Positions 50,087-59,629 of a DNA stretch of 64,000 bases are shown here, one piece after another (the first letter of the stretch is position 1; the number at the start of each line of letters is the position of its first letter). Location of the stretch: IMG/VR virus record IMGVR_UViG_3300024252_000005; one strand, given 5' to 3'. The position numbers were made by a program, and so were the translations under genes. Below the pieces are notes generated by a model. That model did no database searches, had not been told where the DNA came from, and was given only the letters and a program-made list of their open reading frames with translations. This DNA is from a virus (Duplodnaviria; Caudoviricetes).

Positions 50087-50689
50087 ATGGGTGCACCTAG
50101 GTTAATTACAGAATGGGTAAACTTCCAGTATGACCCCCAAATAATAAAAGAGCAAAAGACAGCAGGAAGTCCTTTAATAATGAAGGGCATTTTGCAAAAA
50201 GCTGAAACTCTTAATCAGAATGGCAGAGTTTACCCTAAGACTATTTTGGAAAGAGAGATAAGAAATTATCAAAAGTTTATTCAAGAGAATAGAGCATTAG
50301 GTGAGTTAGATCACCCAGATTCTTCTGTTGTTGAGCTTAAAAATGCTTCTCACAATATAAAAGAAGCGTACATGGAAGGTAATATAGTTTATGGGACTGT
50401 TGAGATCTTAAATACGCCTAGTGGAAAGATTTTGCAGTCATTAGTTGAGAGTGGAGTAACATTAGGTATATCGTCTCGAGGTGTAGGTAGTACAAAGACA
50501 GAGGGAAATATGCAAATTGTGCAAGACGATTTTCAACTTATTTGTTGGGATTTTGTAAGTGAGCCTTCGACTCCTGGAGCATTTATGATGAGAGAAGGAA
50601 AAGAGGTATCATCTCAGTTTATTAATAAAGTTTTTAACAAAACAGACAGAATAGATAGAATATTTAACGATATATTGGAGTGGAAATAA
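50087..50689 (+). CDS. gp21: Prohead core protease (T4 gp21-like)
   Basis: NQNGRVYP; GELDHP; LGISSRGVGS; DFVSEPSTPGA. Confidence 0.93.
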   Translation: MGAPRLITEWVNFQYDPQIIKEQKTAGSPLIMKGILQKAETLNQNGRVYPKTILEREIRNYQKFIQENRALGELDHPDSSVVELKNASHNIKEAYMEGNIVYGTVEILNTPSGKILQSLVESGVTLGISSRGVGSTKTEGNMQIVQDDFQLICWDFVSEPSTPGAFMMREGKEVSSQFINKVFNKTDRIDRIFNDILEWK

Positions 50690-51075
50690 TGGCTGATAAT
50701 GATCATAATACAAGATGGCCCGCGCCAAGCGTGACAAGTGTACCTGAGTATCAATTAAGCGGATTACCTTATTGCGAAACAAAGACTGTAAATAGCGCTA
50801 AATCTAGTTTTACGTTTCCTAGAGTTACAAGGTGGATAACAGTTTCTTCTACGGTTGCAGTAGACATATATTTTACAGCAGCTGGAAATGGCGATCCTCT
50901 AAATGATCAATATTATACAGTACCTGCTAATACACATACTCTAAGGCTAGAATTAAGATGCGCAAAACTATATGTAAAAACCACTGCAGATGGCAGTGTA
51001 AGTGTTGCTGCAGGATTAACGCATATTGACAAATCGAAAACTGTGCCTGAAGCTATGTTAGATTGGATTGAGTAA
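50680..51075 (+). CDS. Hypothetical head-module protein
   Basis: Beta-rich ORF (EYQLSGLP...FPRVTRWITV) overlapping the protease stop. Confidence 0.55.
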   Translation: MEIMADNDHNTRWPAPSVTSVPEYQLSGLPYCETKTVNSAKSSFTFPRVTRWITVSSTVAVDIYFTAAGNGDPLNDQYYTVPANTHTLRLELRCAKLYVKTTADGSVSVAAGLTHIDKSKTVPEAMLDWIE

Positions 51076-51077
51076 TA

Positions 51078-51506
51078 ATGGCAAAAGTAAGCAGAAGTAT
51101 GCTTAAGGGCATTGTAAAAGAGTGCCTTGTTGAGCTTTTAGCAGAAGGTTTATCTGGTGGCGACACAAGAGAGTTAAACGAAAGCATGGGAAATAGTATT
51201 CCTACTTTTAAAAACTCTGTTAAGCGTACACAAAAGCAGGCAGCTAAAAAAGTTGTTAATGAAAGCTTTGAAGAAAACACAAGAAAAGTTATATCAAATG
51301 TAACAAGTGATCCAGTGATGGCATCTTTATTAGAAGACACAGCAAATACAACGTTGCAAGAGCAAAATAGTGCAGATTCATCTAATAGGTTTGCGGCGAA
51401 GGCAACTGACTCTTATAGTCGCGCTGTTGATAGTAGTGATCCTGTTGAGTTATTTGGTGAAGCTTCAAATAATTGGGCAGCATTAGCTTTTTCAGGTAAT
51501 AAATAA
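51078..51506 (+). CDS. Hypothetical core/head protein
   Basis: N-terminal amphipathic LKGIVKECLVELLAE motif. Confidence 0.55.
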   Translation: MAKVSRSMLKGIVKECLVELLAEGLSGGDTRELNESMGNSIPTFKNSVKRTQKQAAKKVVNESFEENTRKVISNVTSDPVMASLLEDTANTTLQEQNSADSSNRFAAKATDSYSRAVDSSDPVELFGEASNNWAALAFSGNK

Positions 51507-51585
51507 AGAAAATAATAAAAATAATGTTTTTAGACATAGTTAGAAATATATTGATTAAACAAGAAACAATTTATGGAGTTTACTT

Positions 51586-51876
51586 ATGTCTAGAAATAGA
51601 GAAAGAATGGTTGAAGTTACACCTTCTACAATTAGAAGACTAGTTAGAGAAGAGCGCGCTCGCTTAAATGAGACCTTAGAGCTCAAAGCTCGTCATCCAT
51701 CAGATGTTGCCAAAAAGACACGTGAAGTTGATGCAACTGCTTATGCAGATACATTAGCAAAGTGTATGGACTATTATCAGATGGCAAAGCTTAAAGAGTC
51801 AAAAATGGTAGAAGAATTAAAAAGACTTCAGGAAGTTAAAAGAGAGCTCAAGAAGAGAATACTTAAAGGTATCTAA
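51586..51876 (+). CDS. Small basic head/core protein
   Basis: VTPSTIRRLVREE...RLNE motif shared with 63671-63916; GGAG RBS. Confidence 0.55.
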   Translation: MSRNRERMVEVTPSTIRRLVREERARLNETLELKARHPSDVAKKTREVDATAYADTLAKCMDYYQMAKLKESKMVEELKRLQEVKRELKKRILKGI

Positions 51877-51910
51877 TCTTTTTTAATTATAAACAGAAAA
51901 GGAGCATCAC

Positions 51911-52504
51911 ATGGCAGGTTATAATGGCTTAGGACAAGGCGTTTTTACAAATGCAACAACTTTTAATGATCAAATTGGAAGACAAAGAGACAAATACAGC
52001 GCTAAAAACCGCGCAAGAAACGTAGACGAAAATTTAGGTGTTTCTAGAGATACATCAGCTTTATTTCCAAGTTTTGTTGCTCAAGATATATATGACAGAA
52101 GCGTAGAAGAATTTCAAGGTTTAGACTTTTTAGCTGCAGGAGGTAACCCGGACTTTGGGCCTACTGGTGTCAAGCTAGATAATGATGGAACACCTATGTT
52201 TACAAATGTTAATTTACAAATCGATCAGCCTAATAAAAAGGGTCCTAACTTAATAGCACCTGATATTAATAACTTGACTGCACCTACAGCTGAACAAGAA
52301 ACATCTAGCTTTACTAATAGAGGTTTTGGCTGGAAAGATGGTAGAAATGAGTCTGGTACAGAAACTGCTAGAATTGGTGAATATTTTAGCAAGCACTATA
52401 ACGCTACGGGTATTGACCAAAGTATTACTAGACCTAAGTTCGGTGAAGCAAAAGATCCGGGTACACCAGCAAATCCTGATGCAATAAACTACGATCAGCC
52501 TTAA
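51911..52504 (+). CDS. Hypothetical protein (head module)
   Basis: AAGGAG RBS; Gly/Pro/Asn-rich and probably disordered. Confidence 0.55.
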   Translation: MAGYNGLGQGVFTNATTFNDQIGRQRDKYSAKNRARNVDENLGVSRDTSALFPSFVAQDIYDRSVEEFQGLDFLAAGGNPDFGPTGVKLDNDGTPMFTNVNLQIDQPNKKGPNLIAPDINNLTAPTAEQETSSFTNRGFGWKDGRNESGTETARIGEYFSKHYNATGIDQSITRPKFGEAKDPGTPANPDAINYDQP

Positions 52505-52521
52505 TATAGAGTTTAGCTAAC

Positions 52522-53436
52522 ATGCCAAATGCACCTTATTATAATGGTAATACAAATCCTAATGCAAAGGGCGGTGCATTTGGTTATGATGGAAGAACTG
52601 GGTTAGGAATTGGTTCTCTAACAAAAGGTCCTGCTAGTGGTTTAGGTAGCAATTGGAATATGGGTGATGCTCTTAGCTCACCTAAAGGCCAGTGGGACGA
52701 TACAGAAGAAGACTATGCTGAAAAACAATTTAGGATTACTTCTAAGACAACAGTTAGAGAATTAGCAGCATTTGCTGGTTTATTAGATGAAGAAGACTAC
52801 GATGAGCTTGAAGCAGACATTGAAGGAAAAGCACATTCATCTTTTCATAGAGGTGCTGTAGATAGCTTATCTCATAGAGGAACATCTATAGGTTATATGG
52901 GTGGTATAGGATCTGATATGTCTGCTGTTATCGGTTTATCAGCAGGGAAAAGACTTGATGGTAAGGTTATGTCAGAAAAAAGAATTAAACAGTATATAAA
53001 ACAAGTTCTTTTAAATGAATTTCAAATGAGTGGAAGAATTGCTAGTATGTCTTCACCCAAAGCAAAGAATACTGGGGGAAAAAGAAGAAGTGATCCGCTT
53101 AATATAGATAATACTTCTGCTTCAACAAATACATCTGATGCAGCACCTTTAGGTCACTTGCCAACTTCAAGATCTGCTGTTAACCATAGTGGTTATACAA
53201 ATAAAGCTTTGACACCTGATAATCTAGAGCCTTACGTTAAACAAGGCAAAGCAACAACAGATGGTGGTGAAACAACAGGTGTTGAAAATAGAGATTTACA
53301 ATACAGTATATCAGCTGCAATGTTTAATATTGGTGTCAAATCAACTGGAGAAGATTTAGAAGATTCTCTAGAAGACGAGCATATCGATCAGAGAAATGTT
53401 GATTTGCATAATACAAATTATTATGTTAATTTCTAA
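52522..53436 (+). CDS. Hypothetical protein (head module)
   Basis: Gly-rich N-terminus; internal RIKQYIKQVLLNE motif. Confidence 0.55.
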   Translation: MPNAPYYNGNTNPNAKGGAFGYDGRTGLGIGSLTKGPASGLGSNWNMGDALSSPKGQWDDTEEDYAEKQFRITSKTTVRELAAFAGLLDEEDYDELEADIEGKAHSSFHRGAVDSLSHRGTSIGYMGGIGSDMSAVIGLSAGKRLDGKVMSEKRIKQYIKQVLLNEFQMSGRIASMSSPKAKNTGGKRRSDPLNIDNTSASTNTSDAAPLGHLPTSRSAVNHSGYTNKALTPDNLEPYVKQGKATTDGGETTGVENRDLQYSISAAMFNIGVKSTGEDLEDSLEDEHIDQRNVDLHNTNYYVNF

Positions 53437-53491
53437 AAAGCGCTTGTTATTAATATATAGTTAATATAAGAAATTAATTTGTGAGAGTTAT

Positions 53492-54967
53492 ATGAGTAAT
53501 AATTTATACATGGAAGCCATTGAAGCTGCAGAACAACTTAAGTTAGCTGCTGAAGATAAGGCTAAACAACAGATCATAGAATCTATGACACCTCATATCA
53601 AAGCACTTGTTGAGAAGAAGCTTATGTCTGAGTCTGATCAAGATGAGATAACTGATGAGATAACTGACGAAGACACAGATGAGTGTGGAATGATGGCTGG
53701 TCAAGAAGAGATTGTTGATGAAGTAACTTTAGATGAAGATTCAAGAAGGATCTTATCTAAGTTTATTAATAGCAATGCTCAAAGATCAGCTTTACAAGAA
53801 AAAATAGAAGAGCTTCGTGAAGGCTTACGAACTCTAAGAAAAGCTATGTTATTGTCAGAAAATGTTAAAAATTCTTCATCTACAAAGAGAAGAATTAATC
53901 TTCTTTACAAAAATATTATAAAAGAAGCAGTAAATATTAAAAGAAGCAGTATAATTAAAAATGATAAAAGCTTATTAAAAGAATATTTTAAATTAATTAA
54001 GGAGTTAGAAAATATGTCAAGACGACGCTCAAAAAGAAGTAACTATGTAAATGAGTCTCTCGAAGATCTTCTAGAAATGAACCTCTTCGAAGCTGATGAA
54101 GACGATGAAGCTGATGAATCAGAAGAAGAAGTTGAAGCTGATGAAGAAGAAGTAGAGTTTGAAATGCCAGAAGACTTAGACGAAGCACCTGCAGGAGACG
54201 TTTCAGCAGAGACAACTGTAGAAGAGCTAGCAATGATGGCAGGACTCATGGGCGGCTCAGATGAAGTTGCTGAACTCGACCTTGAAGTAGATGAAGACCT
54301 CGAGCCTGAGATGGAAGAAGAAGGCATCTTCGAGATGGATGAAATGGATCAAGAAGTTGAGGGAGATATGTATGAGTCTAGACGTCGTGACAGAGTATTA
54401 GAAATTGATGAAAACATGCTTAGAAGAGAGATTGGTAGAATGAAGGCAATTCGCGAGGGTGAAGCTAAAGATATGGCATCACACTTTGGCGGAGGTTCAT
54501 TAGAAGGTGAAGCATTTGTTGATGGCGTTGAGCTCAACAAGTTGCACGAGATGAGAACTAAAGCTGCAAAGGTTGTGCGCATGAATCGCCAGCTATCAAG
54601 CAAGCTTTCTCAGTACAAAAAGGCACTTCGTGGAATGAAGGGTCAACTTTCGGAGATGAATCTTTTCAATGCGAAGCTTCTTTATGCTAACAAGCTCATG
54701 CAGAACAGAGACCTTTCAATGAAGCAGCAGCGACACATTGTTGAGTCACTTGATGAAGCAAAGACCTTAGGTGAGGCAAAGATTCTTTTCGAGAGCCTTT
54801 CTAAGTCACTTGTAAGCGGTCGTAGAACCCGTAAGGGTGGAAACCTTTCAGAAGGTGCTTTGAGAAGACCAGCTGGTTCTTCTTCAAGACCAGTTCGCAG
54901 TGCACAGCCACTTACCGAATCTGTAGCACTTGATCGTTGGGCAACACTCGCTGGGATCAAGAAGTAA
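53492..54967 (+). CDS. gp22: Prohead core scaffolding protein (gp22-like)
   Basis: Acidic and coiled-coil; L.EMNLFNAKLLYANKL...IVESLD.A....EAK..FE.L C-terminal motif; many L/I-X-E sites; directly upstream of the MCP. Confidence 0.8.
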   Translation: MSNNLYMEAIEAAEQLKLAAEDKAKQQIIESMTPHIKALVEKKLMSESDQDEITDEITDEDTDECGMMAGQEEIVDEVTLDEDSRRILSKFINSNAQRSALQEKIEELREGLRTLRKAMLLSENVKNSSSTKRRINLLYKNIIKEAVNIKRSSIIKNDKSLLKEYFKLIKELENMSRRRSKRSNYVNESLEDLLEMNLFEADEDDEADESEEEVEADEEEVEFEMPEDLDEAPAGDVSAETTVEELAMMAGLMGGSDEVAELDLEVDEDLEPEMEEEGIFEMDEMDQEVEGDMYESRRRDRVLEIDENMLRREIGRMKAIREGEAKDMASHFGGGSLEGEAFVDGVELNKLHEMRTKAAKVVRMNRQLSSKLSQYKKALRGMKGQLSEMNLFNAKLLYANKLMQNRDLSMKQQRHIVESLDEAKTLGEAKILFESLSKSLVSGRRTRKGGNLSEGALRRPAGSSSRPVRSAQPLTESVALDRWATLAGIKK

Positions 54968-55014
54968 GAATTTTTAACACGTTTTAATTAAATTATAAAG
55001 GAATAAAAAAACAT

Positions 55015-56994
55015 ATGAGTTTTACACTTAAAACATTAACAGAAGGTATTAGAGACCGCCACGTGGGCCAGCAGAACAAGCGCCTCGTTGAGAAATGGTC
55101 TCGCACAGGTCTCCTTAGAGGCATGGAAGATGTAAACCGTGAGAACATGGCAACAATGCTTGAGAACCAGGCAGCTCAGGTTCTTCGCGAGAGCAACCTA
55201 ATGAGCAGCGGTGATGTTGGTGGTTTCACAAACATTGCTTTCCCAATCGTTCGTCGTGTTTTTGGTGGTCTTATTGCTAACGAGCTCGTCTCAATCCAGC
55301 CAATGAGCCTCCCAAGCGGTCTCCTTTTCTACCTCGATTATACATACGGTAGTGATGGCAATGGCTATAACTCTGGCGAGTCTGTTTATGGTGGACCAGC
55401 TGGAAAAGCAATTCAAGGCGGCGCTGATGCTACTGGTGGTCAATATGACCTAGTAGGTACCAGTTTTTCTCGAGTACGAATTAAGGCAAAAGACACAAGT
55501 GGTGCAGCTGAGCAAACATTGCCAGTTGATGCGTCAGCACGTCCTAACATTGCCGCGCTAGACGCAAATGAGTTGCATCTTCTTACTACTGAGCTTGGTG
55601 CATCAAACGCAGAAACAGATTCAGCTCTTTCTAGCACAAAATCTTTAAAAGTTACAAGCAGCCACGACTTATCATTAATACAGCATGATCCACAAATTAT
55701 TGACAGAATTAATGCTGGTTCTAATTATATTGCTTTACTTGTTCACCCTAACCTAACTGATACTGATGCACTTGATACTTTGGCGACTAAGCTCGACCCA
55801 GAGTATTTTAGAGAGATTTCTCTGGTAGGCACTTCAGGTACTGATGATAAAGATGTCGGCGATCAATTAGTAGTTCCACCTGATGCAGTACAATCATCAG
55901 CCCACGTTGCGGGTGGCGGTTCAGGTACAAAAGAAGTTGCTTTTAATGTAAAACGTCTGAATCAAATTGGTTCTTACACAAATAACGTCTTTACACCTGA
56001 TCCTTTGGTTGATGTTACCAGCGCAAGTGCAAGAATTTTATTTATTGTAGAAAAAGCAGTAGCTGCAGCAACAGCCCCTGTTAATCTATCAAATATAAAA
56101 ATGTCTTACGTTGAAGTTGACACAGTTGGATTTGCAGGTGGTGAAGCTACTGGAAGTCCTTCATTTGAGAGTAACATGAAACCAGCTGGAGACGAAATTT
56201 CTCCAGTAATCCCAGAGATTGACATCAAGATTGAGTCGATTCCTGTAACTGCACAAACACGTAAGTTACGTGCACGTTGGAGTCCTGAGCTTGCGCAAGA
56301 CCTTAATGCATACCACTCAATGGATGCTGAGGTTGAGCTTACTCAGATTCTTTCTGAGCAAATTGCTCTTGAGATTGACCGTGAGATTCTTGGTGATCTT
56401 CTTAACGGCGCAAAAGGCGCAAACTTCTTCTGGAGTCGTTCACCTGGCAAGTTCGTTAACAAGCGTACTGGTGCAGAGATTGCTCGTACATCATCTCTTA
56501 ACCCTGGGCCAGCTTTCACTGGTACAGTTCGTGAGTGGTATGAGACTCTTACTGAGACAGTTATCGATGTTGCTAACGAGATCCACAGAAAGACACTTCG
56601 TGGTTCTGCGAACTTCATCGTAGTTTCTCCTGACGTTGCAACTATTCTTGAGGCATCTGTACTTTACCGCCCAAGCTATAGCCTTGACGGTGACGGACAG
56701 GTTGGTGCACCATTCACAATGGGTGCAGAGAAGGTTGGTACTCTTTCTAATCGCTTTACCGTTTACAAAGACCCATACTTCCCACGCAACAAGATCCTTG
56801 TTGGTTATAAGGGCGGCTCTTACCTCGAGACTGGCTTCGTATATGCTCCATATGTACCACTCATCGTTACTCCTACAATCTTCCAGCCAGAGGATTTCAC
56901 CCCACGTAAGGGTGTTATGACTCGTTATGGTAAGAAGATGGTACGTGCTGACTTCTATGGTACTGTGACTTGTCTCGACATGAACATCATCTAA
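55015..56994 (+). CDS. gp23: Major capsid protein (T4 gp23-like) with a large insertion
   Basis: LVEKW..TGLL; A.MLENQA; FPIVRRVF..LIANELVSIQPMSLPSGLLFY; TRKLRARWSPELAQDL.AYH..DAE.EL..ILSEQI..EIDREI; APYVPL; RKGVMTRY. Confidence 0.97.
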   Translation: MSFTLKTLTEGIRDRHVGQQNKRLVEKWSRTGLLRGMEDVNRENMATMLENQAAQVLRESNLMSSGDVGGFTNIAFPIVRRVFGGLIANELVSIQPMSLPSGLLFYLDYTYGSDGNGYNSGESVYGGPAGKAIQGGADATGGQYDLVGTSFSRVRIKAKDTSGAAEQTLPVDASARPNIAALDANELHLLTTELGASNAETDSALSSTKSLKVTSSHDLSLIQHDPQIIDRINAGSNYIALLVHPNLTDTDALDTLATKLDPEYFREISLVGTSGTDDKDVGDQLVVPPDAVQSSAHVAGGGSGTKEVAFNVKRLNQIGSYTNNVFTPDPLVDVTSASARILFIVEKAVAAATAPVNLSNIKMSYVEVDTVGFAGGEATGSPSFESNMKPAGDEISPVIPEIDIKIESIPVTAQTRKLRARWSPELAQDLNAYHSMDAEVELTQILSEQIALEIDREILGDLLNGAKGANFFWSRSPGKFVNKRTGAEIARTSSLNPGPAFTGTVREWYETLTETVIDVANEIHRKTLRGSANFIVVSPDVATILEASVLYRPSYSLDGDGQVGAPFTMGAEKVGTLSNRFTVYKDPYFPRNKILVGYKGGSYLETGFVYAPYVPLIVTPTIFQPEDFTPRKGVMTRYGKKMVRADFYGTVTCLDMNII

Positions 56995-57046
56995 TTTAAT
57001 TAGACGTTCTTAACAGTCGATATCCTTTCTGGATAAGCTTTCAATT

Positions 57047-57070
57047 AAACCGTCGCAAGGCGGTTTTTTT
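57047..57070 (+). terminator. Rho-independent terminator after the major capsid gene
   Basis: AAACCGTC-GCAA-GGCGGTTT stem with a GNRA tetraloop, running into a T tract. Confidence 0.9.
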
Positions 57071-57135
57071 GTATAATAAAAAAAACATTTGAAGCATATA
57101 ATTATTATGTATACACCTCGTAAAGGCATAATAAC

Positions 57136-58518
57136 ATGAAATGTATTATATGTGGATTTGAAGGAACTGGTAAAAAGCTTAGTAATCATTTGCAAAAAGA
57201 GCATAAGATTAGTAGTAAAGACTATACATTAAAGTTTCTATATAAAAACTATAACGGTTGCTTGAATTGCGGCAAAGAAACAAGATACGTCGCATTTACT
57301 TTTAAAAAGTATTGCAAGGATTGTGCTAAACTAGGGATGAAAGAAGGTGGATGTAAAGGTGGTAAAGCTGAAGCATGGAACAAAGGAAAGACAAAGGAAA
57401 CTGACAATAGAATAAAAGGCTTATTAGGTAAAGACAATCCTTTTTGGGGAAAAAGTCATTCTGAAGAAGTTAAGAATAGAATAAGTATGACGAAAAGACT
57501 GGGCGGTATTGATATACTAGAAAGAGTCATGAAAAGAAATGATGCTTTTGAGATATTAACACCTTTAGACAAATATTTCAGTAGACAGCGTCAATATCTA
57601 GACTTTAAATGTAAAAAATGCGACTTTGTATGCAAAAAGACTTTGCAAGCGTTTGAAAGAGGTTCATTATGTCCAAAATGTTATCCTATATCTAAAAGCA
57701 AAGCAGAGCTAGAAGTATATGTTTATGTTAAGAGCTTAGGATTTAACGACGCTGTAAGCGGTGATAGAAACATAATAAAACCTAAGGAAATAGATATAAG
57801 TTTAAAACAGAGTAATTTTGGTATTGAATTTAATGGTCTATATTGGCATAGCGAAGTTATTGATAGGACAACAAAGAATGATCTATTAAACAAGACATTG
57901 CTATGTAAAGAAGTAAACATGAAGTTGATGCACATATTTTCAGACGAATGGGAATTCAAAAGGGATATATGTAAAAGTATGATAAAGAATAGATTAGGCT
58001 TGTCAAATAAAATATGGGCAAGAAAATGTAAAGTTGTTAATCTAGATAAAAAGCAATTTGATAGTTTTATGAATGATAATCATATCAGCGGAAGTGTTAA
58101 TAGTAGTGTTAGACTTGGTTTGATTTATAATGAAGAAATCGTAAGTGTTATAGGATTTAGAAAGCCAAGACAAAAAAAGTGGACTGGTTATTGGGAAATA
58201 AGTAGATTTGCAAACAAGTTAGATTATTCTGTAGTAGGAGGTTTAAGTAAGTTAATTAAAAACTTTTTAAAGAATGAGAGTAACAAGAAAATAATGACTT
58301 ATGCTGATAGAAGATTTGGAGAAGGTTTAGGATATGAAAAGGTTGGGTTTAAGAGTTTTGGTGATAGTGGAATAGATTACTGGTATTCAGATGGAATAAA
58401 TAGATATGATCGATTTACTGTTAAGTCTGACGATAAAATGTCAGAAAAAGAGAAAGCAGCAGAAATGGGTTTATATAAAGTTTGGGGATGCGGAAGCAAT
58501 ATATGGACTATTAATTAA
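57136..58518 (+). CDS. Hef-like free-standing homing endonuclease (Zn fingers, NUMOD3-like repeats, Vsr-like PD-(D/E)XK domain, C-terminal GNAT/Mom-like region)
   Basis: CxxC/HxxxxH fingers; AWNKG and NPFWGKSHSEE; EIDI....GIEFNGLYWHS; HIFSDEW; IWARKC; EISRF...VVGG.SKL...TYADRRFG.G..Y...GF. Confidence 0.75.
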   Translation: MKCIICGFEGTGKKLSNHLQKEHKISSKDYTLKFLYKNYNGCLNCGKETRYVAFTFKKYCKDCAKLGMKEGGCKGGKAEAWNKGKTKETDNRIKGLLGKDNPFWGKSHSEEVKNRISMTKRLGGIDILERVMKRNDAFEILTPLDKYFSRQRQYLDFKCKKCDFVCKKTLQAFERGSLCPKCYPISKSKAELEVYVYVKSLGFNDAVSGDRNIIKPKEIDISLKQSNFGIEFNGLYWHSEVIDRTTKNDLLNKTLLCKEVNMKLMHIFSDEWEFKRDICKSMIKNRLGLSNKIWARKCKVVNLDKKQFDSFMNDNHISGSVNSSVRLGLIYNEEIVSVIGFRKPRQKKWTGYWEISRFANKLDYSVVGGLSKLIKNFLKNESNKKIMTYADRRFGEGLGYEKVGFKSFGDSGIDYWYSDGINRYDRFTVKSDDKMSEKEKAAEMGLYKVWGCGSNIWTIN

Positions 58519-58587
58519 TTAATAATAAAGTAGAGATATATGTAGTTTAGCTATATATTTATATTATAAAACCGCAAAGGAATTAAC

Positions 58588-58980
58588 ATGTATAATAGGA
58601 AAAGTACAAGTGACGTCATCTCTATCTGGAGAGATTATTTAAATGGCAGCAGCGAAAACAAAAGAAGAATAAATGAGGCACCTGAAGACTATTATAGTCC
58701 TGGAGCTGAAGATGTAGACTTTTTCGACGATGAATATGCTCCTAATGAATTTGATCCAGACAATACATCAATAGCAAAAGACCGATCAGAATGTTTAGAA
58801 GCAATAATATCAGATTTAGCTTCTTGTAATCCAAAATGGGAGCAAGACAGAGTTGATGCATTGATTGCTATTCTTGAAGATGAAAACAAAGTATCAGATG
58901 AAGAATTATGCATGATAGCTTATAGTGATCCTGTAGATGATGACTATAATCCTGGCGGGTATGAGTCTGACGACGTATAA
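58588..58980 (+). CDS. Small acidic protein with a predicted prohead-protease-cleavable leader
   Basis: ISIWRDYLN...RRINE/A leader followed by a D/E-rich body; AAGGA RBS. Confidence 0.6.
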   Translation: MYNRKSTSDVISIWRDYLNGSSENKRRINEAPEDYYSPGAEDVDFFDDEYAPNEFDPDNTSIAKDRSECLEAIISDLASCNPKWEQDRVDALIAILEDENKVSDEELCMIAYSDPVDDDYNPGGYESDDV

Positions 58981-58991
58981 AGAGTTTTATA

Positions 58992-59249
58992 ATGAAAAGT
59001 GACTTAAAACTAATAATGGAAAATTGGAGAAGATTTCTTAAAGAAGATTCTGAAATCTACAGCGACGAAGGTCATGATGATTTCATCGATCCTAGGCATT
59101 ATGATCCTGAGTATGGTGAACCTGAGGGTGTAACTCCAGTAGACCCAGATCTTACTAGTGCACAAGGTGATGAAGATGTCTCGATTGAATATGATAGAGA
59201 TGACAGCATTGATCTTGATGATAGCTTTGAAGATGAAGATTATCGATAA
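58992..59249 (+). CDS. Small very acidic protein with a predicted capsid-targeting leader
   Basis: MKSDLKLIMENWRRFLKE/ followed by a D/E-rich body. Confidence 0.6.
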   Translation: MKSDLKLIMENWRRFLKEDSEIYSDEGHDDFIDPRHYDPEYGEPEGVTPVDPDLTSAQGDEDVSIEYDRDDSIDLDDSFEDEDYR

Positions 59250-59629
59250 TGAAAAAGCCTTTATTTTTCGAAAATAGTAAAGTTCCTAAGATATTAAGTA
59301 AGTTATCGCCTATTGAGATATGGGCAATTACATTAGGGCCTCTTGTTTTTTGTGCTGGCGAGATGTCTGAAGAAACAAAAAGACATGAGACGATACATTT
59401 TATGCAATATAAAGAAACTTTCTTTATTGGTTTTATGCTTATATATGTTTTTGATTTTTTATGGGCAGCAATAGCAAAAAAGAAAGGTTTCACGCGTGAG
59501 TCTTATTTATCAATTAGATTTGAGCAAGAAGCTTGGGAATGTGGCAAGCAAGAAGTTTATCTAGAAAAGAGGGAAAAGTTTGCTTGGAAAAAATATCCGC
59601 TAGGGGGTGTAGAAAATGAAAAACCTTAA
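59249..59629 (+). CDS. HExxH-motif protein (possible zinc metallopeptidase)
   Basis: RHETIH..Q..E; hydrophobic segment; RFEQEA; TAATG coupling. Confidence 0.55.
   Translation: MKKPLFFENSKVPKILSKLSPIEIWAITLGPLVFCAGEMSEETKRHETIHFMQYKETFFIGFMLIYVFDFLWAAIAKKKGFTRESYLSIRFEQEAWECGKQEVYLEKREKFAWKKYPLGGVENEKP

Noticed and set aside
53997-56920. Alternative-frame and antisense ORFs over the scaffold and MCP genes (for example 56270-56623, 56636-56920, 54043-54327)
   Set aside because: Expected by-products of strong codon bias in highly expressed genes; no recognisable protein features.
57001-57040. Small hairpins (GACGTT..AACAGTC; TATCC..GGATA) in the MCP 3' UTR as a structured ncRNA
   Set aside because: Stems are only 5-6 bp and compatible with chance; no covariation evidence is available.
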